Part shown: positions 45,885-56,592 of the stretch, piece by piece
Layout: each line of letters starts with the position of its first letter
Numbering within the stretch: position 1 is the stretch's first letter
DNA from: Bacilli bacterium
Lineage (GTDB): Bacteria; Bacillota_I; Bacilli_A; RFN20; CAG-826
Length of the DNA: 64,000 nt
Assembly (NCBI GenBank): GCA_017477255.1
Contig: JAFUXB010000002.1
Location: 182,474-246,473 of the forward strand
Reading direction: 5' to 3'
The notes under the pieces: model-generated
Database searches by the model: none
What the model was told of the DNA's origin: nothing
Seen by the model: the letters and a program-made list of their open reading frames with translations, nothing else
Made by a program: the position numbers and the translations under genes

Positions 45885-47621
45885 TTATTTTGTTATAGCT
45901 GAAATTTCGTTCACGAACTTGTTAGTTCTATCTTTAATCATAGTCTTACACCAATCAATTCTGCCTTGCCATTCATTCATAAAATTGTTACCAGCACCCC
46001 ATCTTGTTTGGTGATCAAACTTATAAAGATAAACTTCATTAATCATTTTTTCTAAAATACCATTTATATTTTTATAATTCAAAATGTCTTCTTTAAGTTC
46101 TACTGCTCTATTATATAAAGCGTTTTTAAATGATTTATTTTGCATTAATTTATTAAATAATGGGAAGATGAAAAAGTTATTGGCTTGGCTTTTGCTTAAA
46201 TAATTTTTGTCTTCTCTAAATGCAAAATCACAATCATGCATGCAGAATCTCCATTTTCCATCTGCATATTTGTTATTTTCATCAATTTTAGTTGTTCTCC
46301 ACATTTTTAAGTTATTGTTATTACCAATAAAGTCCCAGTTAGCCGCACAATGATGAATAATTATGATATCTATAAACGAATCAATATCAATATATTGATT
46401 ACAGAATTTTTCATATATAGATTGATTTGAAAAATTAAGTGAATTAATTAAAGCAACAAAAGAATCTAATAATTGTCTAGCTTCAGTTTCATCGCTAGCA
46501 TCGTCAATATTCCAGTTTCCTTTATATTCAACAATTGCTACATCATCTTTATTTACACCATAATTTTGAGCAAAATAAGCTTGTTTATAATGCTCTCTTA
46601 AAGCATACATTCCCCAATATTCACCATTAATATAAGTAATACAAGGTCTATATGCGCTTGTTGAAACATTAGTTTCTTTTACTACTTCTTGAATTAAAGC
46701 ATCATTACATCCTGTATAATCTTCAAAACAGTTTCCACCATTATGAAGTCTAAGTCTAGTGAAATTTGTTAATTCTTTATTATCTAAACCAATAGCTTTT
46801 CTATCACCAAAAATATGAGCTTTTATCGGATCATTTTTCTTTCCAAGTTCATCTTTATTAAAGTTTAAATTTAAAGTTCTTTGAGGATAACCAGTTGACC
46901 AGTTCCCACCTAATTTAACTTGTCCATTAACTCTAAAATATTCATCATATTTTAAATCTATATATTCAATTTCACATCTTTTCTTATATTCATCTCTAAT
47001 AGCATTATAGAAACCTTCTGGTCCATACATATCGTCATAGCTCATTGTTAAACTAACAATAGGCATATTTGCATAATATTTAAGTCCATTTTCTTCAATA
47101 AAATAAGTTAATGAACGATTAAGTACTTCTTTTTGAGTTTCTTTATGAACTAATTTAACCTTTAAAACAGCTTGCTTTGGAAATAATTTATAATTTTTAG
47201 GATTTTGAATATTAGAAATGTAATTATTTGAAACACATTTTCCTAAATTGTCCCATGCTAAAATTGCATCAACACTAGTTGTAATTGGATAATCCATTAA
47301 AGATTCAACTTTAGGTTTTCTAATTTTAATTTTTTCACCTTGATATTTAAAATATGAATCAATTCCAGTTCCATAATTAACATCAAAAGTATAATAAATA
47401 TCTATAACTGGATTATTATTAGTAAATTTTATTTCGATTGCATCTTCATAAATGCCTGGAGCCTTATCAACAGTAATATTGCTATAAATAGCATAATCTG
47501 TTTGATCTTTTACTTTAGTAACGCTTTGTGGTTCAGGTACAATTTCATTATAAAAATGATTTGAACTGCAAGCAGTTAACAAAATAAATGGAGTTAAGCA
47601 TAATAAAAGGCGCTTTTTCAT
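45885..47621 (-). CDS. CotH-family (atypical kinase fold) lipoprotein
   Basis: 578 aa. Lipobox LLTACSS. VKLGGNWSTGYPQRTLNLNF...RLRLHNGGNCFEDYTGCNDAL...ITYINGEYWGMYALREHY matches the CotH pattern lrGnsS..pKks..LkL..ggnD.s..rd.l...yv.lyiNGeywGlY.l.E. Confidence 0.55.
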   Translation of the reverse strand: MKKRLLLCLTPFILLTACSSNHFYNEIVPEPQSVTKVKDQTDYAIYSNITVDKAPGIYEDAIEIKFTNNNPVIDIYYTFDVNYGTGIDSYFKYQGEKIKIRKPKVESLMDYPITTSVDAILAWDNLGKCVSNNYISNIQNPKNYKLFPKQAVLKVKLVHKETQKEVLNRSLTYFIEENGLKYYANMPIVSLTMSYDDMYGPEGFYNAIRDEYKKRCEIEYIDLKYDEYFRVNGQVKLGGNWSTGYPQRTLNLNFNKDELGKKNDPIKAHIFGDRKAIGLDNKELTNFTRLRLHNGGNCFEDYTGCNDALIQEVVKETNVSTSAYRPCITYINGEYWGMYALREHYKQAYFAQNYGVNKDDVAIVEYKGNWNIDDASDETEARQLLDSFVALINSLNFSNQSIYEKFCNQYIDIDSFIDIIIIHHCAANWDFIGNNNNLKMWRTTKIDENNKYADGKWRFCMHDCDFAFREDKNYLSKSQANNFFIFPLFNKLMQNKSFKNALYNRAVELKEDILNYKNINGILEKMINEVYLYKFDHQTRWGAGNNFMNEWQGRIDWCKTMIKDRTNKFVNEISAITK

Positions 47622-47708
47622 ATTTTTATTTTAACCCTTTTCACTTTATTTATTAACATTAATATTAATGAAATTACAATAAAATAAATATTTTATAATA
47701 TTTATAAT

Positions 47709-50273
47709 ATGAGAAAATTAGCTAGATTTATAACTCCTTTATTAGTTGGACTTTTAGGTTTATCTGGATGTAAAAACTCTGCTAATTCCAGGTCTTTAAA
47801 AGAAATCAGCTTAAATTACAAAGGAAATACTACAATTTTAGAAAATACTTCTATAGAATTTAATCCATTATTTAATAATAATGCATCATTTAATTATTCA
47901 AATTATTCATTAATCTCTAGTGATGAAAATATAGCTACAATTGAAGGTAACAAAGCTCATTTTAAAAATATTATAAATAACCAAGAAGTAACAATTACAA
48001 TAAAAGATAATGCAAGCAATTTACTCGATAGTATCACATTTTATGTTGTTGATGTAGGCTTTAAAGATGGTGAATATTTAAACAAAGAAAACTATATAGA
48101 TGATGGTTATATTTCAGTATTAAACGAAAACGCTCCATATTATTTACCATATGAGAGATCATTTACTAAATCATTTTATTTTGAAATAAATATTAAAACT
48201 CCTTTTGGTAAAGAAGGAGATAGAAATGGTATTGTTTATTCTTCTTATGAAGACCCAGAAGAATTTGGCAAAAACACATACTTTTTCCATTTAACTTATG
48301 ATTATTCTACAACTGCAGCTTATGCTGTTGTTGAACGCTATGATCCTGAATCTAAATCTTTTGATTCAACTTCACCTGTAATTAAAGAAAAATTAGTAGA
48401 ACCTATTTCATTTAAGAATTATTTTTATAAATTATCTATTTTTAAATATGGTGATAATTGTTATTTTTATGTCTCTTCTTCAAATAAAGAAAGACAAATA
48501 ATAGGCAACGTTAAAAACACTACAATGAATGGTGATTTATATCTTTATTATTATTCAAATAGAGCTCAATCAGTTCAACTTAAAAACTATTTTTCTAGAA
48601 GTGAAGATGAAGGTTTTGAAGAAGCTTATATTTCTCCAGATGATATAGAAGTTCAATCTAGAGACATAGTTATTAAGCTTAATGAAACAGTAAAAATTGA
48701 GATTATTAAGTCAAAAACCTCGCTAATCCTTGATGAAAATTTAAAATTTGCATCTTCTAACCCTGAAATTGCTACTGTTACTGATGAAGGAAAAGTAACT
48801 GGAGTTTCTTTAGGAAGTTGTGTAGTTACATTAATGTATAGAGGAACAAATATTGTTAAAACTATTAACATTAGAGTAACTAGAAATGTTGATGATAGGG
48901 TCACTTTAGATTTAAAAATGGATGAACCTTTATATACTGAAAATGTTAGAAAAAACAATATTACATTATACGGAAATGAAAATAATTCATTCAGTGTATC
49001 TTATGCTTCTTTAACTAGTGATGGAATAGTTTTATTTACTGAAGTTTACTTCAATACTTTAAAAAATGATGGTAATGGTTGGTGGGAAAGAGATAATTTT
49101 GAAATAAGATTTGGTACTTCTTCTAAATTAAGTTCTCAAATATGGTTTAGTGTATTAAATCAAGGATCAAGTAATGCTGCTAACTCTGTTATTTCTAATA
49201 TATTAAAAGATACATCTAATCAAAGAAATTATAAATTTGTTGTTGAAGCTTTATTTACTTGGGATAATTTATCTTCAATAATTGGAGAATCAATTAACTA
49301 TGACTCCAAAGTATTTTTCTCAATAGGCTTTAACGATGTTAAAGGTTGGAAAGCTTGTGACTGGTTTGGTAAATCAGATGCAAATACTCCTTATGTTACA
49401 TTCAATGGATTTGCTAGAGGAAATGATGTTTTATGTACTTCAAAACATGAAGAATGTTCTACTACTATTAAAGTTTTAGGAACATGTTCTAAAGAAGAAA
49501 CAACAAATAAAGTATGTAAATATTGTGGAATTCCAATGACTGTTACTAAAACAGACTCAAAAAACGCAAATAATCACCATTATGATCCAAAAAATATAGT
49601 TTATAGTGTTGAGCCACATTGTCATCAAAAAGGGCAAGGAACAGTTAAGTGTGAAGATTGTAATAAGACAATAAATGTTACTACTGATGAAGATTTGACT
49701 AAACACGTTCACAATGGTGAAGAGTTATTAGAAAACCCAATCCATATTAGTAAAGGACAAGGATTAAATGCACCTAATGCATATAAAGCATTTACTACCA
49801 CTTCTAATTCTAAACACCACCTCGTTATCTATCAAAATGGTTATAGGATTAAACAAGCAACTGGAGAAAATAGAGCATGGGAAACAATGATTCCAACAAT
49901 ATGTGATTCTACAAACTTAAACAATAACGTAACATTTAGATTAGACTGGTGGGGATGGACTAACGGAAGCTTTAACGAAAATTATTTAAATAAAGGAAGT
50001 GTTTATATTGGTCAACATTCAGAATTCAATAATTTTGAGATCTATATGCCAATGCTTCATGAAGATTGCTACATTGAATTAGATGTTATTAGACAAAATA
50101 AGTTATTTACATTAAATTACGAAATCATCGCAAACAATACAATGATGCACAATACAAGATACACTTATACTCAATCTTATGATGCTTCGCATTTATCAAT
50201 AAATGATTTTACACTTGTTTTAGATGGTGAAAATGTAGAATTTGATGTATTAAGTATCAAAAAAGTAAGTTAA
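47709..50273 (+). CDS. large surface lipoprotein with Big_2 domains and Cys-rich C-terminal region
   Basis: 854 aa. Lipobox GLSGCKNS. Big_2 block KLNETVKIEIIKSKTSLILDENLKFASSNPEIATVTDEGKVTGVSLGSCVVTLMYRG. Cys cluster CTSKHEECSTTIKVLGTCSKEETTNKVCKYCG...CHQKGQGTVKCEDC. Confidence 0.8.
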   Translation: MRKLARFITPLLVGLLGLSGCKNSANSRSLKEISLNYKGNTTILENTSIEFNPLFNNNASFNYSNYSLISSDENIATIEGNKAHFKNIINNQEVTITIKDNASNLLDSITFYVVDVGFKDGEYLNKENYIDDGYISVLNENAPYYLPYERSFTKSFYFEINIKTPFGKEGDRNGIVYSSYEDPEEFGKNTYFFHLTYDYSTTAAYAVVERYDPESKSFDSTSPVIKEKLVEPISFKNYFYKLSIFKYGDNCYFYVSSSNKERQIIGNVKNTTMNGDLYLYYYSNRAQSVQLKNYFSRSEDEGFEEAYISPDDIEVQSRDIVIKLNETVKIEIIKSKTSLILDENLKFASSNPEIATVTDEGKVTGVSLGSCVVTLMYRGTNIVKTINIRVTRNVDDRVTLDLKMDEPLYTENVRKNNITLYGNENNSFSVSYASLTSDGIVLFTEVYFNTLKNDGNGWWERDNFEIRFGTSSKLSSQIWFSVLNQGSSNAANSVISNILKDTSNQRNYKFVVEALFTWDNLSSIIGESINYDSKVFFSIGFNDVKGWKACDWFGKSDANTPYVTFNGFARGNDVLCTSKHEECSTTIKVLGTCSKEETTNKVCKYCGIPMTVTKTDSKNANNHHYDPKNIVYSVEPHCHQKGQGTVKCEDCNKTINVTTDEDLTKHVHNGEELLENPIHISKGQGLNAPNAYKAFTTTSNSKHHLVIYQNGYRIKQATGENRAWETMIPTICDSTNLNNNVTFRLDWWGWTNGSFNENYLNKGSVYIGQHSEFNNFEIYMPMLHEDCYIELDVIRQNKLFTLNYEIIANNTMMHNTRYTYTQSYDASHLSINDFTLVLDGENVEFDVLSIKKVS

Positions 50274-50315
50274 AAAATAAATTATAAAATTAAATCTTTG
50301 TTATTTAATGATGTT

Positions 50316-50516
50316 TTAATAAGATCCTTGTTCAGTAAAAGCATATGGTAACTTTCTAAAACCACCCCAACTTGAAGTCACATTTTGTGACCTCAAGATT
50401 TTATTCCACTCATCTTTTGTTAATTGAAAATGTAAATCCAAATCAAATTTTGCTATATTTTTTAACTTGTTCATTAAATCTTGTTGTTGTATAACCATAA
50501 AGCTTAGCAAACTCAA
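50316..50516 (-). pseudogene. truncated ORF6N-domain (phage antirepressor-associated) gene fragment
   Basis: VIQQQDLMNKLKNIAKFDLDLHFQLTKDEWNKILRSQNVTSSWGGFRKLPYAFTEQG matches the ORF6N core (VMLDsDLA...FPeDFmFQLTkeE..nLrSQ.VTS..GGrRylPYAFTEQG). Both ends are missing. Confidence 0.5.
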
Positions 50517-50578
50517 AATCTAGCATGACCTTTTTTGTCTTGTTTTTTGCTCTATTATTAAGAGAATTAATAAAAAAA

Positions 50579-50608
50579 GCAAGGTTTTTAAACTCAAAAC
50601 CCTGCAAT
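50579..50608. terminator. bidirectional hairpin terminator
   Basis: GCAAGGTTTTtaaactcAAAACCCTGC: 10-bp inverted repeat with one mismatch. Lies 3' of 50636..51151. Confidence 0.55.
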
Positions 50609-50635
50609 TCTCAATTATTTTTTAAAAAACTAAAT

Positions 50636-51151
50636 TTACAAATATTTTTCAATAAATGCTTTAGTTGGTTCAATATCATATACAAAATCTTCTAAAATGT
50701 TATTGTTAATTACATATAAAGATGGGGTTCCGCAAAAATAAGTTTCGTCCATTGAGCTAGGATGATTCTCTATCATCCAATTTGCATTATAAATCCAGCT
50801 ATATTCATTTTTAGCAAACTTAGATCTATTTTCAATACCAACTTCTGAACCCATTGAATGCATATTATATTTATACATTTTAGGGAGATTTTCTTCATTT
50901 AAATCATAATATGATAAAACAAAATTCTTAATTTGTTCACAATCTATACATTCAGTTGAATATAAATAAATAAAATATTTATCACTTGAAGCATTATAAA
51001 AGGAGTCTAAAGACTCCAATTCATAATCCTTATATTCGTCGTAATTTCTTTCTTTATTAACGTCAACTTTATAAGGAGATTTCACTTGAGATTTGCACGA
51101 AAAACACAATAAGAGAATTAAAAAGCCTGCAAATCTCAAGTGTTTTTTCAT
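50636..51151 (-). CDS. thioredoxin-fold lipoprotein (CxxC)
   Basis: 171 aa. Lipobox LLCFSCKS. YLYSTECIDCEQIKNF carries the CxxC motif. Confidence 0.55.
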   Translation of the reverse strand: MKKHLRFAGFLILLLCFSCKSQVKSPYKVDVNKERNYDEYKDYELESLDSFYNASSDKYFIYLYSTECIDCEQIKNFVLSYYDLNEENLPKMYKYNMHSMGSEVGIENRSKFAKNEYSWIYNANWMIENHPSSMDETYFCGTPSLYVINNNILEDFVYDIEPTKAFIEKYL

Positions 51152-51154
51152 AAA

Positions 51155-53638
51155 TTACTCTACAGTAACTGACATATTTTTAATAAGTACATCAGCTTGA
51201 TAGCTTACAAATCCTAATATACCTTGAAGATTTGAAGTGTTTGCAACAAACGTTTTTACCTCATTTCCATTAACGCTAATTACATATTCATTATCTGTTT
51301 TATAAACATTTAATGTGTAATCAACATTTTGTCTAAAGGCAAAATCAAATGTGCCATATGAAGGTTTTGAAACACTATATTCGACATCGTTAATTGAACC
51401 ACCAGATGGATCAACAGTAAATGACATACCAACGAAGTTAGTGTCATAATTTCCTTTATTATAATTTGAATCGCCATTATGTTTTGGACCAGATTGTTTT
51501 TGACCATTAATCATTAATCCAACATAACTTAAGGAAGAACCCATAGATTTAACATTGAATTTAACTTCAAATTCATAGTTTCTATATTCTTCTTTTGTTG
51601 TGATATTACAATATTGGTCAATGTTAGTTTCAAGTCCATTTGCTGTTTTAGTTATTGTATTTCTAGTATCAAATGCACCAAGTGTTGATGTTGCAGTAAA
51701 TTTTTCATCAAAATCACTACCTGTTGCTTCTGGTAAGATGTCAATTCTAGAGAAAGCAACTTCTTCACCTTTACAAACAATTGATAAATTAAATTGACCA
51801 GCACTTAAATCAATAGTACCTAAATCAACATTTGTATCACCTTTTTTATAAGTTGTTGGTCTAGCTTCACCTAAAGTAGTTTCTTTTACTACTTTATTAT
51901 TAACCATGATTTTTACTTCATTACCAATAACATTGTATGGAACTCTAGCTTGTAAACTATAATATCCTTCTTCACTAACAAATGATCTATATGTAGCTCT
52001 ATCACCTTCATTTACTAAAACCATATTATTTCCATATGTATTAATATGATTTCCACTTTCAGTAATATTAACTAAACCAGAACCACTATTAAGTTTTGAA
52101 GTTCTATAATCATAAGAATTAGCTAAAATTCTACCAGTTTTATATTCTAAGTTATCACTATAGCCTTGAGCATAATTTGAAAATACTGTTGCACCAATAT
52201 CATCAAATTCGTTTCCAGCTTCATAACCTACTTTACCAGCTTTTAAATTAATTTTTACATCATTATCAATTTCAACATTGTCAAAATAAACATCTAAAAT
52301 GCCATTTTTATATCCAAATCTAAATTCATGTAAAACACTAGTATCATATTCATTATAGAATTTGTGGCTATAAGCTTTTGTAGCTGTACCATTTTCTACA
52401 TTATTTAAAACTAAATTTTTTCCATCAAATGTTGCATATGAATAGTTTTTATCATCAACATAAGAAAGAATCATTTTTCCTTCTCCTGCATTATTAAATT
52501 CAACAGTGAACATATCTTTAGTTTTTGAATCACTTAATAAATAAGCACCGTTTTTAGTAAGTTCACTTGAATCTTCTGCATAAAAATCTGGTTCGGCAGG
52601 AACAAATCCACCTTCAATTGCTACATCTTGAGCATACATATCACTTCCATTAAATGAAAGTCTTGAAATATTAATATTTCTACCATTACCTCTAGTTAAA
52701 TTGTGATAAACAATATAATAAGAGTCTAAATCTGGACCTACTACAGTTGAGGAGTGTCCTAAACCATAATATGCAGTTGTTGTAGATAAAAGTGTTGAAT
52801 CCATTCTTTTAAATGCTCCACTTGAACTTGGAATACTTCCATTTGGAGCATAAGCATAATCAACTCTATAGTCAGGGGATAAATAATGAGTTCCTGTATA
52901 AGTCATATAATATTGACCATCTTTAAGTAAAAGATAAGGTCCTTCAGTCCATCCACCCATTGAACATTCACCAAGAGCTTGATGATAATCATCTTTTCCT
53001 TCTTTAACAAATGTTTCAAAGTCATCATTTAATTTATAAGCTTGAATGTTTGATCCACCAGCTGTATAAAAATAAATTTCTTCATCACTATCGACAAAAA
53101 ATGAACCATCAATTGATTTGCCTAAATTATCTGTAGTTCTTACAAATGGTCCTGCTGGAGATTCACTTTTAAACATAAAGTGACCATTTCCAGTAATTGA
53201 TGTAGTTAAATAAAAATATCCATTCCAATAAAATACTTCAGGAGCGTATGGGAAATCACCAACTCCACTAGGATAATCAGATTGAGAACCTGATAAACAA
53301 ACTCCAGCACCTAAACCCATATTTTCAGTAGGTGACCAGTTTAATAAATCAGTACTTTCATATGATCTAATTCTTTTTCCACTGCCTGTGCAATATAAAT
53401 AATATTTTCCATTAAATCTAAATACAAATGGATCTGCACCATCAGTTCCTTCTACTTTAAAGTTATTATCATGAGTATATCTTTCTTCATCAAATTTATC
53501 TAAATAAGAATCATCACCAGTAGTTTCTCCTGATGGAGGATTTACTGGATTAGGTTTATTACCATCATTTGAATTACATCCAGCTATTAAACCTGCTGAA
53601 AGTAAAACAATTACCGGGGATAAAAATCTTGTCTTCAT
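51155..53638 (-). CDS. GH43 glycoside hydrolase lipoprotein with C-terminal beta-sandwich/CBM-like domains
   Basis: 827 aa. Lipobox LIAGCNS. FKVEGTDGADPFVFRFNGKYYLYCTGSG is the GH43 N-terminal blade. YAPEVFYWNGYFYLTTS. Paralog of 56589..58718 (LGHSSTVVGPDLDSYYIVYHN). Confidence 0.75.
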   Translation of the reverse strand: MKTRFLSPVIVLLSAGLIAGCNSNDGNKPNPVNPPSGETTGDDSYLDKFDEERYTHDNNFKVEGTDGADPFVFRFNGKYYLYCTGSGKRIRSYESTDLLNWSPTENMGLGAGVCLSGSQSDYPSGVGDFPYAPEVFYWNGYFYLTTSITGNGHFMFKSESPAGPFVRTTDNLGKSIDGSFFVDSDEEIYFYTAGGSNIQAYKLNDDFETFVKEGKDDYHQALGECSMGGWTEGPYLLLKDGQYYMTYTGTHYLSPDYRVDYAYAPNGSIPSSSGAFKRMDSTLLSTTTAYYGLGHSSTVVGPDLDSYYIVYHNLTRGNGRNINISRLSFNGSDMYAQDVAIEGGFVPAEPDFYAEDSSELTKNGAYLLSDSKTKDMFTVEFNNAGEGKMILSYVDDKNYSYATFDGKNLVLNNVENGTATKAYSHKFYNEYDTSVLHEFRFGYKNGILDVYFDNVEIDNDVKINLKAGKVGYEAGNEFDDIGATVFSNYAQGYSDNLEYKTGRILANSYDYRTSKLNSGSGLVNITESGNHINTYGNNMVLVNEGDRATYRSFVSEEGYYSLQARVPYNVIGNEVKIMVNNKVVKETTLGEARPTTYKKGDTNVDLGTIDLSAGQFNLSIVCKGEEVAFSRIDILPEATGSDFDEKFTATSTLGAFDTRNTITKTANGLETNIDQYCNITTKEEYRNYEFEVKFNVKSMGSSLSYVGLMINGQKQSGPKHNGDSNYNKGNYDTNFVGMSFTVDPSGGSINDVEYSVSKPSYGTFDFAFRQNVDYTLNVYKTDNEYVISVNGNEVKTFVANTSNLQGILGFVSYQADVLIKNMSVTVE

Positions 53639-53641
53639 AAA

Positions 53642-55327
53642 TTATTCCTCGCTTGCTAATATTTTAATTTCATTAATTGCTACATTTCCTGGACTATTAA
53701 TAATAAATGTAACTGTATCAGTTCTTACATCTTTATTTAAATTAACAGTAAATCCAGAATCTGGGAATATAAATTCATCTTTTGTAGCGATTGTATCGTT
53801 AAATACTACACCTTTAATAAATTGGTTAGCATTATCAAATTTAATATAGTCAATTTCTGATAAATATTTATCATAGAAAGCACTATTTTTAACTTGAATT
53901 CCACCAATATTGTAAACTTTATCAAGTTTTACTTTAATAAAGCACCATCCTTTATTTAAGATAGCTTCTCTATTTTGTTCTTGAGAAAGTTTAATGTGTT
54001 CAGTAACAAATAAATCATTTAACATTTCTGGTTTATCAACATTAATTGCAGCAATTGTTGCTTTAGGAGCAACATTTCTATAACCACTAATTTCTGTTGG
54101 TAAATTTTGTAATGTAGCACTTGGACCTTCACAGAAAGGACGTCCTGTATCTTTATCAAAATATAAATGATCAAAAGCTACCATTCTTCCGTTATTACTA
54201 TCTTTTCTATTTTTGTGGGCATGATATACGATCATATATTCATCACCAACTTTAAAGAAGTTATGGTGAGCACATCCTGACATAAATCCTTCCCAGTTAT
54301 TATATTCTGTACCTGCACTATTTCCAGCATAGCCAAATAATAAATTAGTCCAGTTACCATTCTTTTGATATGGTTTAGTGTATTTTCCTAATGGAGAATC
54401 GCTTTCAGCATAACAAACAGTGTAGTATCTATCTGGATAATGGTTAACACTATAAGTCATATAATATTTACCATTAACTGGTGATTTAATAACACATGGT
54501 CCTTCAGCAACTTTAAATTCTTTCATGCATTCCCATGGTAAAACGTTAACATTAACATCTGGATCTAAAGCACCTGGAACGATTAATTTAGTGTATGTAT
54601 CCCAATCAGGAGTGACTGGATCTTTCATTTGCATACCAACGATATATTGCATTATTCCAGTATCATAAACTGAATAATACATATATATATCTTCACCATC
54701 TTCTAAAACAGTAACGTCTAATATTGATAAACCTTTTCCAGATTTAATATCTTTAGCTAAGAATTCTTTTGAGAAATCTACATCGTCACCATCGGCGTTT
54801 TTACCTTTATATTCTTTAAATGAGCCATCTGGAGCATCAGCTACTAAAACATTAATTCCAGTGGCAACTTTTCCATTACCACCACTATAATACATATAAT
54901 ATTTATCACCAAATTTATGAACTTCTGGTGCAAATAATGATTGAGTTGTGATTGTATCTCCTGGTTTATAAATATTTTTAACAACAGTGAAATCATTTAA
55001 ATTCTCACTAACATAGCAATCAAAGCTTCTAGCTCCAGTTGCATCTGTTGTTCCATAAATATAATATTTTCCATCTTCTACATAAACACATGGATCTGGT
55101 AATGGTAAATGTTGTAAATCATTTTTATACCATTTATTTGTATCGTAGTAAGTTTCGTCGCTTTCACCATAATCTTCATAATCAACACTTGATTTTCCAG
55201 TTGGTAAAGCTTTATCTTCTTCGGTAATTTCTACTTTATTTTGATTTCCATTATTTGATTTACAAGCAAACATTGCCCCAGTTAACATTAAACCTGCAAC
55301 AAATTTAACAAGAATTTTATTTTTCAT
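53642..55327 (-). CDS. GH43 glycoside hydrolase lipoprotein
   Basis: 561 aa. Lipobox MFACKS. LPLPDPCVYVEDGKYYIYGTTD and FAPEVHKFGDKYYMYYS. Confidence 0.7.
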   Translation of the reverse strand: MKNKILVKFVAGLMLTGAMFACKSNNGNQNKVEITEEDKALPTGKSSVDYEDYGESDETYYDTNKWYKNDLQHLPLPDPCVYVEDGKYYIYGTTDATGARSFDCYVSENLNDFTVVKNIYKPGDTITTQSLFAPEVHKFGDKYYMYYSGGNGKVATGINVLVADAPDGSFKEYKGKNADGDDVDFSKEFLAKDIKSGKGLSILDVTVLEDGEDIYMYYSVYDTGIMQYIVGMQMKDPVTPDWDTYTKLIVPGALDPDVNVNVLPWECMKEFKVAEGPCVIKSPVNGKYYMTYSVNHYPDRYYTVCYAESDSPLGKYTKPYQKNGNWTNLLFGYAGNSAGTEYNNWEGFMSGCAHHNFFKVGDEYMIVYHAHKNRKDSNNGRMVAFDHLYFDKDTGRPFCEGPSATLQNLPTEISGYRNVAPKATIAAINVDKPEMLNDLFVTEHIKLSQEQNREAILNKGWCFIKVKLDKVYNIGGIQVKNSAFYDKYLSEIDYIKFDNANQFIKGVVFNDTIATKDEFIFPDSGFTVNLNKDVRTDTVTFIINSPGNVAINEIKILASEE

Positions 55328-55329
55328 AG

Positions 55330-56592
55330 TTATTCCTCATCAAACCATCTTGGTCCATCGAGTTCATAATCATAACTTGGACGTTTTTTCTTGCCATCTT
55401 GGTTTTCACCAACAAATGGATAATCGTCTTCATCCCATTCAAGTTTGTCGATTAAGAAATGTCTAGTTTTAAAGTTATCAGCTTTAATATATGCGTGATA
55501 GTAAATCCACCAATCACCGGCATCATCGATTAAAATTGAGTTATGACCTGTACCATAAGCATTTAATCCTTCTCCAACACCAGCATAAACTACTAAATTA
55601 CCATAAGTGTTATTATTTCCACTTAAAGTCATTGGTTTGCCATCTGAACCAACATATGGTCCTGTGATTTCATCAGCTTTTCCAACCCAGACAGTATAAG
55701 TTGAATTTGTGCCATCACAACAAGTTCCACTTGATGCAAATAAATAATATGAATCTCCCTTTTTAGTAAGGTAAGTTCCTTCATATTGAGCTCCATCCCA
55801 ACCAGAAGGTTTTCCTGCGATTAATACTTTATTTTTCTTAGCATAAGCTATTTGTTCTTCATAAGTTTCGCCACCTTCAAGAGCCATACCATCATCAGTT
55901 AATTCAACTAAATATTCACCTTGGAATGAACCAACAGTCATATAAACTTTTCCATCTTCAATAAAGATAGATGGGTCAATACAGTTTTGAATACCGACAT
56001 CTTCACCAATAAATAATCTTCCACCATCAATAAATGGTCCAGCTGGATTATCACTTACTGCATATCCAATTCCAACTGGTCTGCCCCATCCTGAAACTGA
56101 ATAATAATATATCCATTGATCTTGAACTTTAATAACATCTGGTGCCCAGATTCCAAGTCCATTACCATCTCCATATTTTTCTTTTGCCCAATCACTTGCC
56201 CAGTTACCGACTGTAACAATATTTGTATTATAAAGTTGCCAGTTAACAGCGTCTTCACTCTTTAAAGCGACTCTATTAGTTCCAAACATATAGAACATTC
56301 CATCATCGCCTCTAACTACTGATGGGTCAGCAACTTCTGCAGTATATGTTCCATTTCCATCTTTTCCTGCAGGAAGAGTACCATTTGAATAAGTTTCACA
56401 CCAATAAGATTTCTTTGAATTATCAACATAAGGAACATCTTCAATGATTCTTCCATCTGTTCTCATTGTTGTTGGAGTTGGTTTTGTTCCTGGATCAGGA
56501 TTTACAGGATCTTTACCTGCACAGGCTGTACAACTAATTCCTAATAAAATTAAAGGGGCTGCTAAACCTAAATGAATTTGTTTTTTGTTCAT
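55330..56592 (-). CDS. GH43 glycoside hydrolase lipoprotein (arabinanase/xylosidase-like)
   Basis: 420 aa. Lipobox GISCTAC. VADPSVVRGDDGMFYMFGTN and WAPDVIKVQDQWIYYYS. 4-nt overlap with 56589..58718. Confidence 0.75.
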   Translation of the reverse strand: MNKKQIHLGLAAPLILLGISCTACAGKDPVNPDPGTKPTPTTMRTDGRIIEDVPYVDNSKKSYWCETYSNGTLPAGKDGNGTYTAEVADPSVVRGDDGMFYMFGTNRVALKSEDAVNWQLYNTNIVTVGNWASDWAKEKYGDGNGLGIWAPDVIKVQDQWIYYYSVSGWGRPVGIGYAVSDNPAGPFIDGGRLFIGEDVGIQNCIDPSIFIEDGKVYMTVGSFQGEYLVELTDDGMALEGGETYEEQIAYAKKNKVLIAGKPSGWDGAQYEGTYLTKKGDSYYLFASSGTCCDGTNSTYTVWVGKADEITGPYVGSDGKPMTLSGNNNTYGNLVVYAGVGEGLNAYGTGHNSILIDDAGDWWIYYHAYIKADNFKTRHFLIDKLEWDEDDYPFVGENQDGKKKRPSYDYELDGPRWFDEE

